64,000 nt of DNA from Candidatus Gastranaerophilales bacterium (lineage in GTDB: Bacteria; Cyanobacteriota; Vampirovibrionia; Gastranaerophilales; Gastranaerophilaceae): positions 247-64,246 of the forward strand of contig CAJOKJ010000014.1 of NCBI GenBank assembly GCA_905235155.1, given 5' to 3'. Below the pieces are notes generated by a model that had not been told where the DNA came from, did not search any database, and saw nothing but the letters and a program-made list of their open reading frames with translations. The first letter of the stretch is position 1. Each line of letters begins with the position of its first letter. The position numbers and the translations under genes were made by a program. Below are positions 46,142 to 57,286 of the stretch, piece by piece.

Positions 46142-47877
46142 TACATTGCTTCCTTTATCATTTTAATAACTTTTTCTACGGCCTCGTCGGGTTTAATTGT
46201 TTCAATTTCACCTGTTGCACGTGTTTTTAATTCAACATTACCGTCTACAATAGTTTTACCTACTGTAATTCTGTATGGAAAACCAATTAAATCAGCATCT
46301 TTGAATTTTACACCCGGTCTTTCATCTCTGTCATCAATAACAACTTCAATGCCTGCATTTAAAAGTTTGATATAGATATCCTTCGCAGTATTCATTTGAA
46401 GTTCGTCTTTATTATTCAAAGGTACTATTGTAACGTGATATGGTGCAATTTGTACAGGCCACATAATACCGTTGTCATCATGATATCTTTCAACTGCTGC
46501 GGCTGCGGTTCTTGAAATACCTATGCCGTAACATCCCATTACGTAAGGCTGAGCCTTGCCGTTTTGGTCTAAATATACTGCATTCATTGGTTTTGAATAT
46601 TTTGTACCTAATTTGAAAATATTACCAACCTCAATACCTCTTGTAACTTTTAGTGGTTTTCCGCATTGAGGACATAATTCATCTTTTTGAACAAGACGAA
46701 TATCATAATATTCTTCTATTGCAGGTATATCAGATAAATTTGCACCAACCATGTGTTTGTCTTCTTGATTTACACCAACTACAAAGTTTTTTAAATCTTT
46801 TACCGTATTATCAGCAATGATTGTAATACCTTCCATTCCTTTTGGTCCGATAAATCCTTTTGCGGCATTGAAACCTTTTTGAACCATTAATTCTTCAATT
46901 TCTGCGGCTGATGCAATTCTAATATCAATTCCGCCAACTGCATTCATTAATTTTGTTTCTTCTACTTCTTTATCTGCTCTGATTAAGGCTAATACAGGCT
47001 TTTTATCAACAATATAAACCAAACATTTTAAAATAACTGTTGAAGGTATTTTCAAAAATTCACAAAGTTCTTCTATTGAATGTGTTTGAGGAGTGTCAAT
47101 TACCTTTGTTTCATTAAAACCAAATTTGCTTCCGTCAGTATCTGCTTCAGGAAGATTTGAAATTGCGTGATTTGAATTTGCACTGTAATCACAATCATCA
47201 CAATAGAAAACGTCATTTTCGCCTGCATCTGTTGTTGTAATTACCATAAATTCGTGGCTTACACTTCCACCGATTGCACCTGAATCAGATTGAACCATTT
47301 TTGTTTCAAGTCCGCATCTTTTGAAAATATTTGTGTATGCTTTAGCCATGTCTTGATATGATTTTTCAAGACCTTCTTCGTTTAAATCAAAGCTATAAGC
47401 GTCTTTCATAATAAATTCACGACCTCTTAAAAGTCCGTATCTCGGACGAACTTCATCTCTAAACTTGTCTTGAATTTGATATAAATTACAAGGTAATTGT
47501 TTATATGATTTTAAACCGTCACGTGCAATTGAAGTTATTACTTCTTCTGCTGTTGGCCCTAAGCACATTTCTCTATCATGTCTGTCACGTAAACGCATTA
47601 ATTCTTTGCCGTAAACTTCCCAACGACCTGATTCTTCCCAAAGTTCTTTTGGTTGAACAAACGGAGTTAAAAGCTCTTGAGCTCCTGCTTCATCCATTTC
47701 TTCACGTACAATGTTTTCAATTTTCTTTAAAACACGCCACATCAAAGGTAAGTAATTATAACATCCGCTTGTTAATTTTCTGATGTAACCTGCTCTTGCT
47801 AAAAATTTATGTGAAACAACATCTGCATCAGCAGGAAATTCACGTAATGTTTGTACAAACAATTTTGACATTTTCAT
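46141..47877 (-). CDS. proS: Proline--tRNA ligase (bacterial type with INS editing domain)
   Basis: Class II aaRS motifs (FRDEVRPRYGLLRGREF, GCYGIGISR). 578 aa. Confidence 0.93.
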   Translation of the reverse strand: MKMSKLFVQTLREFPADADVVSHKFLARAGYIRKLTSGCYNYLPLMWRVLKKIENIVREEMDEAGAQELLTPFVQPKELWEESGRWEVYGKELMRLRDRHDREMCLGPTAEEVITSIARDGLKSYKQLPCNLYQIQDKFRDEVRPRYGLLRGREFIMKDAYSFDLNEEGLEKSYQDMAKAYTNIFKRCGLETKMVQSDSGAIGGSVSHEFMVITTTDAGENDVFYCDDCDYSANSNHAISNLPEADTDGSKFGFNETKVIDTPQTHSIEELCEFLKIPSTVILKCLVYIVDKKPVLALIRADKEVEETKLMNAVGGIDIRIASAAEIEELMVQKGFNAAKGFIGPKGMEGITIIADNTVKDLKNFVVGVNQEDKHMVGANLSDIPAIEEYYDIRLVQKDELCPQCGKPLKVTRGIEVGNIFKLGTKYSKPMNAVYLDQNGKAQPYVMGCYGIGISRTAAAAVERYHDDNGIMWPVQIAPYHVTIVPLNNKDELQMNTAKDIYIKLLNAGIEVVIDDRDERPGVKFKDADLIGFPYRITVGKTIVDGNVELKTRATGEIETIKPDEAVEKVIKMIKEAM

Positions 47878-47937
47878 AATTCATCTTCCTCACTTTTAAA
47901 AAAATTTTATCACAAAAAAGTAAGAAATACACTTATT

Positions 47938-48882
47938 TTAAATATTTTTTGGTAAAGTATTTTGTAATTCAATGCTGACTTCTTTCGGAGTCATTGAAAG
48001 TGTTTCGTGATTTTGCATTGCTTGTTCCATGCATTGTTTATATTCTGCCCAAATTTGCAAATGTTTTAGCACTTGTGCCATTACGTAATACAAATCTCCG
48101 TTATCGGAAATTTCTTGTAATGCCGTTTGCATTACGTGTAGTGCTTCTTCGTAACGTTCGGATTTACACAATATTTGAGCAACTATTTTATATGCTTCAA
48201 TATCTCTGGGATTATATTGAAGTGTTTGTTTTAAATATTCTAAAGCACTATTAAAATCGCCTTGAGAGTACGCTATTGAACCTAAATTAAAATATGCCCA
48301 ACTATAATTTGGTGATTGTTCGATAACTTTTTTATATTCTGCAATTGCTTCAGGTATTTTACCTTCATTTCTGTATATATATCCAAGATGAAAATGTGCA
48401 AAAATGTCATTACTGTTAAGCTGTACTGCTTTCAAAAAACAAACTTTTGCAATTTCAGGTTGTTCTTTTTTTACATAGCATAAACCTAAATTAAAATAAC
48501 TGTTTGAATCATCAACATCTGTTTCAAGTACTATTTTAAATTGCTCAATAGCCTTGTCAAATTCACGCATGTCAATATATACAAGACCTAAGTTATAATA
48601 AAAATCGGTTTCGTTAGGAGATAATTCAATTGCTTTTAAATATGATTCTTCTGCGTGAGGAAGATCACGCATTTTTTCATATACAATACCTTTGTTATAA
48701 TACAGACTTGCATCCTGTGGAAAAATGCTTATTAAAAATTGAAATTGCTTTAAAGATTCTTCATTAAAACCTTTATCAAGCAATACAACCGCCAAACGAC
48801 GTCTTGCCTGAAAGTTTGATGAATCTTCACGCAATATAGCCTGTAATTCTTCTATTTCTTGTATATCTTGGTCATCTGCCAT
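47938..48882 (-). CDS. TPR-repeat protein
   Basis: At least seven consecutive 34-aa TPR units (YYNLGLVY.., A...F..A..L.P). Confidence 0.75.
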   Translation of the reverse strand: MADDQDIQEIEELQAILREDSSNFQARRRLAVVLLDKGFNEESLKQFQFLISIFPQDASLYYNKGIVYEKMRDLPHAEESYLKAIELSPNETDFYYNLGLVYIDMREFDKAIEQFKIVLETDVDDSNSYFNLGLCYVKKEQPEIAKVCFLKAVQLNSNDIFAHFHLGYIYRNEGKIPEAIAEYKKVIEQSPNYSWAYFNLGSIAYSQGDFNSALEYLKQTLQYNPRDIEAYKIVAQILCKSERYEEALHVMQTALQEISDNGDLYYVMAQVLKHLQIWAEYKQCMEQAMQNHETLSMTPKEVSIELQNTLPKNI

Positions 48883-48932
48883 ATTAACATTATAAACGTA
48901 AATCTATTTAGTGCAAAGTTGTAAAATTATTG

Positions 48933-50306
48933 TTATTTTTTCTTCTTTTTATCAAATGTTTTACCTGTACGTTTATAAAAATCTTCCAAGAAACTTGTGT
49001 TGAATTTTCCGCTTACAAAAACTTCGTCTTCAATTATTTCTTGGTGGAATGGAATGGTTGTCGGAACGCCAATAACTACATACTCTTTTAATGCTTGATA
49101 AATTCTTCTTCTTGCTTGATTTCTGTTTTCACCCCAGCAAATTAATTTACCAATCATAGAATCGTAATAAGGTGGAATTGAATATCCCGGATAAACATGA
49201 GAATCCACTCTTACACCAAATCCACCCGGTTGAACATAGCCTTCAATGGTTCCGGGACAAGGCATAAAGTCTTTGTCAGGATTTTCTGCATTGATACGGC
49301 ATTCAATTGCATGTCCGTGTAATTTTATATCTCTTTGTTTATAACCTAATTTTTCACCTGCTGCAACTCTTATTTGTTCTCTGACGATATCAATTCTTGA
49401 AACCATTTCTGTAACACAGTGTTCTACCTGAACACGTGTATTCATTTCCATAAAGTACCATTTGCCGTCTTTATCAAGTAAAAATTCGCATGTTCCAACA
49501 CCTTCGTATTTAACGGCTTTTGCTGCTCTGATTGCTGCTTCACCCATTTTTTTACGAGTTCTTTCATCAATTGCCGGAGAAGGTGCTTCTTCTAACAGTT
49601 TTTGATGACGTCTTTGTACAGAACAATCACGTTCGCCCAAATGGATATAATTTCCATATTGGTCGCCAATAATTTGAACTTCTATATGGCGAGGATTTTC
49701 CAAATATTTTTCACAATATACATCAGGATTTCCAAAAGCTTTACCCGCTTCTGTACGGCAAAGTGTGAAATTAGTATCAATTTCATCGTCATTTCTAACG
49801 ACTCTCATACCTTTACCGCCACCGCCGGCAGTTGCTTTCAAAATTATAGGATATCCAACCTTTTTGGCGAATTTTTTAATTTCTTTTACATCATGTACTA
49901 TTTCAGTGCCCGGAATTACAGGTACATCGTTGTCAATCATTGTTTTACGGGCATTTGCTTTATCACCCATTTTTTTCATAGATATTGAAGACGGACCTAT
50001 AAACTTTATACCGTGTTGTTCACAAATTTCTGCAAAATCAGCACGTTCCGATAAAAATCCATAACCGGGATGAATTGCGTCTGCACCTGAAATTTCTGCA
50101 ACAGACATTATCGCAGGTATACTTAAATAACTTTTTGTACTATCGGCAGGCCCGATACAATAAGCATCAGTTGCCAATCTTACGTGTAAAGAATTTGCAT
50201 CTGCTTCTGAATAAACAGCAACAGTAGGTATGCCTAATTCTCGGCATGCCCTTATAATTCTAACCGAAATTTCGCCACGATTTGCGACAAGAACTTTCCT
50301 AAACAT
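48933..50306 (-). CDS. accC: Acetyl-CoA carboxylase, biotin carboxylase subunit
   Basis: MFRKVLVANRGEISVRIIRAC, ATP-grasp GGGGKGMRVV, EMNTRVQVEH. Confidence 0.95.
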   Translation of the reverse strand: MFRKVLVANRGEISVRIIRACRELGIPTVAVYSEADANSLHVRLATDAYCIGPADSTKSYLSIPAIMSVAEISGADAIHPGYGFLSERADFAEICEQHGIKFIGPSSISMKKMGDKANARKTMIDNDVPVIPGTEIVHDVKEIKKFAKKVGYPIILKATAGGGGKGMRVVRNDDEIDTNFTLCRTEAGKAFGNPDVYCEKYLENPRHIEVQIIGDQYGNYIHLGERDCSVQRRHQKLLEEAPSPAIDERTRKKMGEAAIRAAKAVKYEGVGTCEFLLDKDGKWYFMEMNTRVQVEHCVTEMVSRIDIVREQIRVAAGEKLGYKQRDIKLHGHAIECRINAENPDKDFMPCPGTIEGYVQPGGFGVRVDSHVYPGYSIPPYYDSMIGKLICWGENRNQARRRIYQALKEYVVIGVPTTIPFHQEIIEDEVFVSGKFNTSFLEDFYKRTGKTFDKKKKK

Positions 50307-50320
50307 ATCTTTTTTCCCGA

Positions 50321-50785
50321 TTATTCAATATACATAAGAACTTGACCATACTCAACAGGTTGACCGTCATCAACACAAATTTCAACAACTTTACCTGAAA
50401 AGTCTGATTCGATTTCGTTCATTAATTTCATTGCTTCAATAATACAAACAACTTCACCTTGTGCTACAAGCGAACCTACTTCTACAAATGCGGGAGCATC
50501 AGGAGATGCTGCCTTATAGAATGTGCCAACCATTGGCGATTTTATTGCTTTGCTTGTTTTTGGTTCTTCAGATTTTTGTTCTGTTGATTTTTCTTCTGTA
50601 ACAGAAGGTTGTTCTTGTGTTATTACTTGTGTTTGTGCAACAGGCAACACTTGTTGTGCAGTAACTGTTTCTTTTTCTCTTTTTAACACAATTGACTGTT
50701 CTTGATCTTCTAACTGCATTTCTGTAAGTTCTGATTCTTGCATCAATTTAGCCAATTTTTCAAGATATTTTAAATCAAATTTCAT
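50321..50785 (-). CDS. accB: Acetyl-CoA carboxylase, biotin carboxyl carrier protein
   Basis: Biotinyl-lysine motif [13 protein letters not shown], with a Pro/Glu/Gln-rich linker. Confidence 0.92.
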   Translation of the reverse strand: MKFDLKYLEKLAKLMQESELTEMQLEDQEQSIVLKREKETVTAQQVLPVAQTQVITQEQPSVTEEKSTEQKSEEPKTSKAIKSPMVGTFYKAASPDAPAFVEVGSLVAQGEVVCIIEAMKLMNEIESDFSGKVVEICVDDGQPVEYGQVLMYIE

Positions 50786-50815
50786 ATATTTTTCCTCTAT
50801 TTTAAAGACACTTTA

Positions 50816-51376
50816 TTAGCATCTGTCAAGGTATTCATTAGTTCTGGTATCAATTCTGATTCTGTCACCGTTTACAACGAAGAATGGTACATTTACAACA
50901 GCCCCTGTTTCTGTTTCAGCAGGTTTTGTACCACCTTGTGAAGTATTGCCCTTTTCAGCTGGCGGTGTATTTACAACTTCTAATTCTACGTGTGCAGGTA
51001 AATCTACACCGATTACAGAACCTTCGTGAGTTAATACTGATACATTCATATTTTCTTTTAAATATTTTAAACCATCGCCAATCATATCAGCAGATACTGT
51101 AATTTGTTCGTAAGTTTCCAAATCCATCATTACGTATCCGTTACCTTCTTTATATAAGTATTGCATATCACGACGATCTAACATTGCTTTTGCAACTTTT
51201 TCACCGGCTCTGAATGTTCTTTCAACTACTTGACCTGTTTCAACATTTTTAAGTTTTGTTCTTACAAATGCAGCACCTTTACCCGGTTTTACGTGTAAAA
51301 ATTCAACTACCGACCATAGTGAGCCGCTGTCTAATTGTAGTGTTAAGCCTGTTTTTAAATCGTTTACAGAAATCAT
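50816..51376 (-). CDS. efp: Translation elongation factor P
   Basis: [17 protein letters not shown] loop with the conserved Lys. 186 aa. Confidence 0.95.
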   Translation of the reverse strand: MISVNDLKTGLTLQLDSGSLWSVVEFLHVKPGKGAAFVRTKLKNVETGQVVERTFRAGEKVAKAMLDRRDMQYLYKEGNGYVMMDLETYEQITVSADMIGDGLKYLKENMNVSVLTHEGSVIGVDLPAHVELEVVNTPPAEKGNTSQGGTKPAETETGAVVNVPFFVVNGDRIRIDTRTNEYLDRC

Positions 51377-51448
51377 AAATTCTCCTTTTTTTATCTATGT
51401 GAAAATAATAACATAAACATTTTTTTTTTCAAAAATGTAAATATATTT

Positions 51449-52117
51449 TTATTCGCAACTTGTTTTAGTTTCCCAATTAATTACTTTAGGACATTTTTTG
51501 TAATCCATATTTTTATTAACTAAAATCCATGCCGTACATGCAAACCCACCTTCATTTAAACAATTATCAAATGGAACAATTCTATCTTGAGGACCACCCA
51601 TTGGTATTAAGCCTTTTTGTGTTGTGTAAAATCCAAATTGGTCAATGCCCGGTTTATTAGAGCCGTTTATTCCGTCTATATCAATATACGTTGCACCTGT
51701 TATGCGATTGTTTCTGTCAACGGAATCAACTTCACCTCTAAAATCATCATTTACAAGTATTCCTGCTCCACTTATTAATCTTAATTTATAACCTTTCAAT
51801 TCGTTTGTTTCAAAACAACCTTCTTCATTTAAGTTACAGTCTTTAATTGTTTTTAATGTTGAATTTAACAATTTATAAAATTGTTCTGCATTCATTGATT
51901 TATCAACAGATGCATATTCTAAACCACCTACATCTAAGCCCAAAATTTTAGTTATAATAAGTGTGTTTTCTATTTTTTGATATGTTTTTTCAAGCATTTC
52001 CGAATATGCCCTATCACGATTAGTTGTAACGACAGTCGGAATCGTAAGCATGGCAAGCACGGCAACAATAGTCATTACAACCAACATTTCCGCTAAAGTA
52101 AAACTTTTTAACTTCAT
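51449..52117 (-). CDS. Type IV pilin-like / pseudopilin protein (paralog of 6463-7269)
   Basis: MKLKS/FTLAEMLVVMTIVAVLAMLTIP. The C-terminal IDIDGINGSNKPGIDQFGF and ACTAWILVNKNMDY motifs parallel VDVNGPKKGLHKLGDDIFAF and YCTAWAIKFGNIDY in the other copy. Confidence 0.75.
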   Translation of the reverse strand: MKLKSFTLAEMLVVMTIVAVLAMLTIPTVVTTNRDRAYSEMLEKTYQKIENTLIITKILGLDVGGLEYASVDKSMNAEQFYKLLNSTLKTIKDCNLNEEGCFETNELKGYKLRLISGAGILVNDDFRGEVDSVDRNNRITGATYIDIDGINGSNKPGIDQFGFYTTQKGLIPMGGPQDRIVPFDNCLNEGGFACTAWILVNKNMDYKKCPKVINWETKTSCE

Positions 52118-52127
52118 AATTTTAACC

Positions 52128-52598
52128 TTATAAAAGAACTATATAATGGAAGTAAAATGCAAATAAAACACCTAAAATAGCACCGCAAAATACTTCTATC
52201 GGTGTATGTCCCAACAGTTCTTTTAATTTTGTACCTGCTGCATTGATGTCATGTTTATAAAAATCATCCATCATTTTATTTAAACAAACTGCCATTTTTC
52301 CGGAAGCACGTCTTATACCTGCTGCATCGTACATTACAACAAACGAAAAACCCATTGCAACTGCAAATATTTGCGACATAAAACCTGATTGAATACCTAT
52401 TGCGGTTGATAAGGCTACAACTCCCGCAGAATGTGAACTGGGCATTCCACCTGTCGTTGTAAATACTCTAAAATCGATTTTTCTTTTTATTATTGTGTAA
52501 AAAACAAATTTTAAAATTTGAGCAACTATTGCGGCTAAACATCCTGCTATAAGTGCTTCCATACCTGTATTAACCAAAAGTGCAGATAATTTTTCCAT
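52128..52598 (-). CDS. Divergent PAP2-family membrane protein (DUF212, acid phosphatase/vanadium-haloperoxidase-related)
   Basis: GGMPSSHSA ... VMYDAAGIRR motifs, four TM segments. Confidence 0.8.
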   Translation of the reverse strand: MEKLSALLVNTGMEALIAGCLAAIVAQILKFVFYTIIKRKIDFRVFTTTGGMPSSHSAGVVALSTAIGIQSGFMSQIFAVAMGFSFVVMYDAAGIRRASGKMAVCLNKMMDDFYKHDINAAGTKLKELLGHTPIEVFCGAILGVLFAFYFHYIVLL

Positions 52599-52602
52599 AC
52601 AT

Positions 52603-53460
52603 CTATTTTACCTTTTCTCTTATTGAATTTATAATAGAATCAAATATTTTTGAACTGATTTTTTGTTTCTCAAGTATATCACAAGCTTCATCCAAAAGGC
52701 AATTAACTTTACATTTTGCTTTTTCTATACCAAAAAGAGCAGTATATGTGAGCTTTCCTGATTTTTTATCTTTACCTAATGTTTTTCCCATTTCTGCAAA
52801 TGTTGATATTTCGTCTAAAATATCATCACAAATTTGAAATGCAAAGCCAAGCTTTTGTCCAAAATCATCCATTGATTTTAATTGTTCTTGATTTGCGTTT
52901 GCAATTATTGCACCTGCCTTTAAAACTGCTTTAAATAAATCGGCAGTTTTATGTGTGTGTATGTATTCTAAAATTTTTTCGTCGTAAGGTTTGCCTTCCA
53001 TTGCTATATCAACAACTTGACCTGCAATAATTCCGTAAACACCTGCCACAATTGCGTGTTCTTTTAAAATTTTTATAATTGTTTCAGCAGGAAGTTCTGA
53101 TTTTTCAATGATTAATTGAGTTCCATAACTTATTAATGCATCACCTGCAAGAACTGCTGTTGCTTCTGAAAATTTTTTATGATTAGTTAGTTTACCACGT
53201 CTGTATGTATCATTATCCATACAAGGCAAGTCATCGTGAATAAGGCTTTGCGTATGCAGCATTTCAAATGCACATGCTGTTGGCATTGCTTTCTCTATAT
53301 CACCACCAAAAATTTTACATGCTTCCAGACACATTATCGGTCGAAGTCTTTTTCCGCTTGCAAGAACGCTGTATCTCATTGATTCAAAAATTTTTTCAGG
53401 ATAACTTATAGGTAAATATTCGTCCAAATGTTTTTCAATTTTTTCTATTAATTCTTTCAT
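52603..53460 (-). CDS. Polyprenyl (farnesyl/geranylgeranyl) diphosphate synthase
   Basis: First Asp-rich motif LIHDDLPCMDNDTYRRG and second motif FQICDDILD. Confidence 0.9.
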   Translation of the reverse strand: MKELIEKIEKHLDEYLPISYPEKIFESMRYSVLASGKRLRPIMCLEACKIFGGDIEKAMPTACAFEMLHTQSLIHDDLPCMDNDTYRRGKLTNHKKFSEATAVLAGDALISYGTQLIIEKSELPAETIIKILKEHAIVAGVYGIIAGQVVDIAMEGKPYDEKILEYIHTHKTADLFKAVLKAGAIIANANQEQLKSMDDFGQKLGFAFQICDDILDEISTFAEMGKTLGKDKKSGKLTYTALFGIEKAKCKVNCLLDEACDILEKQKISSKIFDSIINSIREKVK

Positions 53461-53462
53461 TT

Positions 53463-54464
53463 TTATTCCTCATTAAATTTTTTATGAATATTTTGTTTTG
53501 TTGTATTTCTTGCACTTTCACGTTTCTTTGAACTTATTTTAACAGAAATTTTGTCGTTTGTGTGTTTAAAATTTGATTCTCGTTCTCGCTTTGTACCTGA
53601 ATATTTAATACGTTCCTTGTATTCTTTTGCTTCTTCAACAAAAGCTAAATAACTTTCGTATCTGCTTATATCAATTTCATCTATATTTTCAAGAACAGCA
53701 CAACCTATTTCCGTACTATGTAAACAATCAGCAAATTTGCAATTACCCTTATATTTTACAATTTCGTCAAATAAATCTCCAACTTCAGCAGGCATTAAAA
53801 AATCAAATTTTAAGTTACTAAATCCCGGTGTATCAACGATTTTTGTATTTTCTGTAAGTTTTACAATCTCGCAGTGTCTTGTTGTATGTGTTCCACGCTC
53901 AGTTTTTTCGCTTACTGATTTTGTCCTTAAATTAAACTTAGGATTTATTGCATTGATAAGACTGGATTTACCTACTCCTGAATTTCCGCATAAAACAGAG
54001 ATTTTATTTTCTAATATTTCTTTAAATTCTTCTATACCGTCATTTTCTTTCGCAGACGTAAATACTATGTCATATCCGAGAGGTTCATATATTTGAAAAA
54101 CTTTTTCAATTGTTGTGTCATCAAGAGATAAATCACTTTTATTAAAACATAATTTTGTAGGAATATTATAATATTTTGCAAAACAAATGTAGCGATTAAG
54201 TTGTTTAAAATCAAGTTCAGGTTCTTTTACTGCGGAAACTACTACAATTTGGTCTATATTTGCAACATTCGGACGAGGAATATAATTATCTTTTGGCAAA
54301 ACTTTTTCTATTGCACCATTTTCAAATTCTACGTAATCTCCGACAACAATTTTTTGTTTTTGCTTTTTTAAAACCTCACGTAATTTGCATTCGAAATGAT
54401 TACCTTTAGAGTTTACATAGTAAAAATCAGAATGTATTTTATAAATTTGCCCTTTATCCGTCAT
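53463..54464 (-). CDS. rsgA: Ribosome small-subunit-dependent GTPase A, with a Lys/Arg-rich C-terminal extension
   Basis: Circularly permuted GTPase: NKSDL ... GNSGVGKSSLINA ... DTPGF, zinc knuckle CKFADCLHSTEIGCAV. Confidence 0.9.
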   Translation of the reverse strand: MTDKGQIYKIHSDFYYVNSKGNHFECKLREVLKKQKQKIVVGDYVEFENGAIEKVLPKDNYIPRPNVANIDQIVVVSAVKEPELDFKQLNRYICFAKYYNIPTKLCFNKSDLSLDDTTIEKVFQIYEPLGYDIVFTSAKENDGIEEFKEILENKISVLCGNSGVGKSSLINAINPKFNLRTKSVSEKTERGTHTTRHCEIVKLTENTKIVDTPGFSNLKFDFLMPAEVGDLFDEIVKYKGNCKFADCLHSTEIGCAVLENIDEIDISRYESYLAFVEEAKEYKERIKYSGTKRERESNFKHTNDKISVKISSKKRESARNTTKQNIHKKFNEE

Positions 54465-54465
54465 A

Positions 54466-55113
54466 TTATGCTCTTAAAGATTCTATTGCTTTTTTTACAT
54501 CTTTATTTTTATATATGTAACTTCCTGCAACAAGTGAATTTGCACCCAAAGATACACAAACTTTTGAAGTTACATCATTTATTCCGCCGTCAACTTGAAT
54601 AATTAAATCTTCTTTTCCATTTTGTCTTATTGTCGGAATTTTTTGTGCACAGTAGTGCATAAATTCCTGTCCGCCAAATCCCGGTTCTACTGTCATTACA
54701 AGTACCATATCAACAAACTGCAAATATGGAAGTAATACATTTTGATTTGTTTTTGGTTTTATTGAAATACCTGCTTTACAGCCAAGTGATTTAATTTTTT
54801 TGCAAATTTCTTCAATATTTTCTTCTTTTACTGCTTCATAGTGAAATGTAATTATGTCAGCACCCGCATTTGCAAAGTCTTCAATATATTTTTCAGGATT
54901 TTCAATCATTAAATGAACATCAAGAAGCTTTTTGGCAAATCTTTTTAAAGATTTAACAACAGGAATACCTATCGTAATGTTTGGTACAAAATGACCGTCC
55001 ATTACGTCAACGTGAATCCAGTCTGCTCCGTTATCTTCTACAAGTTTGATATCTCTTTCCAAATTAGCAAAATCTGCTGATAATATTGAAGGTGAAACGA
55101 TAATGTTATTCAT
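54466..55113 (-). CDS. rpe: Ribulose-phosphate 3-epimerase
   Basis: SPSILSADFANL ... HVDVMDGHFVPN ... VDGGIN. Confidence 0.95.
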   Translation of the reverse strand: MNNIIVSPSILSADFANLERDIKLVEDNGADWIHVDVMDGHFVPNITIGIPVVKSLKRFAKKLLDVHLMIENPEKYIEDFANAGADIITFHYEAVKEENIEEICKKIKSLGCKAGISIKPKTNQNVLLPYLQFVDMVLVMTVEPGFGGQEFMHYCAQKIPTIRQNGKEDLIIQVDGGINDVTSKVCVSLGANSLVAGSYIYKNKDVKKAIESLRA

Positions 55114-55798
55114 TTATTACTCCTAATTTTATACATGCTTCGTATGCACATTTTTGTTCTGCATCTTTTTTACTTTTACCTGTTGCTGTTGCCAAAATTC
55201 TGTTTTGATACATCACCTGCACTCTAAATGTTGGCGAATGTTTCGGACCTAATTCTTCAAGCAAAGTATATTTTGGAAGCTCTTTTGTTTTACCTTGAGT
55301 GTATTCTTGTAAAATTTCTTTTGCATTATATTTTGCAAGATTATTTTTCACTTCATCTATATAAGGTTCAAGAATTTCCGATAAAAAGGTAAATATTTCT
55401 TCTTTTTTGTTGTCTAAGTAAAAAGCACCCAATAATGCCTCAAAAACACACGCTCTGATTGAAGTACAATTTCTTTCTCCTGTTTTTTCAGCGTGCTCGC
55501 CTATTATGATTAAATCAACAAGTCCTATTTGTTCTGTTACCTTTGCCAAAGTAGCATCGGAAACAACTATTGAACGGATTTTTGACAAATCACCTTCACT
55601 TGATTGAGGATATTTTTTTATTAAACTTTCAGAAACTGCAAGTTTTAATACTGAATCACCAAAAAATTCTAAACGTTCATAATTTTCCAGTGAAGATATA
55701 TTATTTTCTTTAGTGTAAGAAGGATGTGTTAATGCTTTTTTATACAGAGTTTCGTCTGTTATATCTATTTTAAATATATTTTCCAATTCTTTTTGCAC
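55106..55798 (-). CDS. rnc: Ribonuclease III
   Basis: Signature ERLEFFGDSVL, with a C-terminal dsRBD (GPKHSPTFRVQV ... GKSKKDAEQ). Confidence 0.93.
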   Translation of the reverse strand: MQKELENIFKIDITDETLYKKALTHPSYTKENNISSLENYERLEFFGDSVLKLAVSESLIKKYPQSSEGDLSKIRSIVVSDATLAKVTEQIGLVDLIIIGEHAEKTGERNCTSIRACVFEALLGAFYLDNKKEEIFTFLSEILEPYIDEVKNNLAKYNAKEILQEYTQGKTKELPKYTLLEELGPKHSPTFRVQVMYQNRILATATGKSKKDAEQKCAYEACIKLGVINE

Positions 55799-56697
55799 TA
55801 AAACAATCCTTTAACGAAATTAATAACTGTTTCAACCAGATTACCTTGTACAAAAAATGCAAAATAATAATATATTACAGGAATTGTAATGATGTAACTG
55901 TCAGTTCTATCTAAAAATCCGCCATGACCGGGAAGTAAATCGCCTGAATCCTTTACACCCGCATCACGCTTAATTAAAGATTCACATAAATCTCCAATCT
56001 GTGCACAAACAGTAACCAATAATCCTGCAAATAATGCGTGATACCAAGATAATTTAATTATATAAGCAATAACAAAACCGCCAAGAACAGCACATAATGC
56101 CCCACCTAAAGAACCTTCAATTGTTTTATTCGGACTTATAACAGGTGCAAGTTTATGTTTGCCTAAATTGCTTCCAAAATAATAACAGCCAACATCAGTT
56201 AAAATTACAAGGAAAAACATAAATAACACGTATCCAAGACCGTCATTGAATACATTGTCCGTTTTTAATAATAACTGCATAAATGATTGATTAGAAGCTC
56301 CAATATCTCTTAAGAATAATAAATGTAACGGAAACCAGCCGCTATATACAAAGCCTAAAATTGTTGTTGCTGCATTTGCAATATATGGTTGTCTGCCTCT
56401 GAACAAAACCCACATAAAAGCACTAATAGTGCCTATTGTAAATGCAACAGGCACTAAGTTAAATTTATTAAAGTATGCTATTATTGCAAAAACTGCATCT
56501 GCAAATAATATTACTTTCATGCTAGGATAAAATCCTTTGTGTTTTAATATGTCAACATATTCTTTTGAGCACAAATATACAATTATTAATATTAAAAACA
56601 ACAAAGGTAAACCGCCAAAAATCATACAGCCAAGAGCTATAAGACCAATTATGGTTCCTGTAATTATTCTTAGTGTTGATTTTGGGCAATTACTCAT
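55798..56697 (-). CDS. cdsA: Phosphatidate cytidylyltransferase
   Basis: C-terminal signature SLIKRDAGVKDSGDLLPGHGGFLDRTDS. Polytopic. Confidence 0.9.
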   Translation of the reverse strand: MSNCPKSTLRIITGTIIGLIALGCMIFGGLPLLFLILIIVYLCSKEYVDILKHKGFYPSMKVILFADAVFAIIAYFNKFNLVPVAFTIGTISAFMWVLFRGRQPYIANAATTILGFVYSGWFPLHLLFLRDIGASNQSFMQLLLKTDNVFNDGLGYVLFMFFLVILTDVGCYYFGSNLGKHKLAPVISPNKTIEGSLGGALCAVLGGFVIAYIIKLSWYHALFAGLLVTVCAQIGDLCESLIKRDAGVKDSGDLLPGHGGFLDRTDSYIITIPVIYYYFAFFVQGNLVETVINFVKGLF

Positions 56698-57263
56698 TAT
56701 ACAGTCATAACCTCTTTTTCTTTTTCGGAAACTTCTTTATCTACAATGCCTGTATATTTGTCAGTTAATTTTTGTATTTTATCTTGATTGTCTTTTACAA
56801 CATCTTCAGGTAAGTTTTCAGATTTTTCAATTTTTTTCAATTCATCTGTCATATCACGTCTAACGTTTCTCACTGCAACTTTTGCATCTTCACCGTATTT
56901 TTTAACATCTTTTGTAATTTCTTTTCTTTTTTCTTCTGTTAGAGGTGGGAAGTTTAGTCTTATAGTTGTTCCGTCATTGTTAGGTGAAACACCAAGTTCT
57001 GCTTTAATTAACGCTTTTTCAATTTCTTTTAAAACAGTTTTATCAAATGGTGCAATAGCAAGAGTAGTACCTTCTTGAACGGTAATTTGAGCCATTTGTT
57101 TTAATTGAGTTGGTGCTCCGTAGTAATCAACCATAACTTTATCAAGCATAACAGGGTTTGCACGACCTGTTCTTACAGTAGAAAACTCTCTGTGTAGTTG
57201 ACTGATTGCTTTTTCCATTTTGTCTGTACCGTTTTTAAACATTGCATCTAAAGCTTCTGACAT
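56697..57263 (-). CDS. frr: Ribosome recycling factor
   Basis: 188 aa, ...FSTVRTGRANPVMLD..., typical frr-pyrH linkage. Confidence 0.95.
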   Translation of the reverse strand: MSEALDAMFKNGTDKMEKAISQLHREFSTVRTGRANPVMLDKVMVDYYGAPTQLKQMAQITVQEGTTLAIAPFDKTVLKEIEKALIKAELGVSPNNDGTTIRLNFPPLTEEKRKEITKDVKKYGEDAKVAVRNVRRDMTDELKKIEKSENLPEDVVKDNQDKIQKLTDKYTGIVDKEVSEKEKEVMTV

Positions 57264-57286
57264 TTTTAACCTCTTTCTTAAATTGC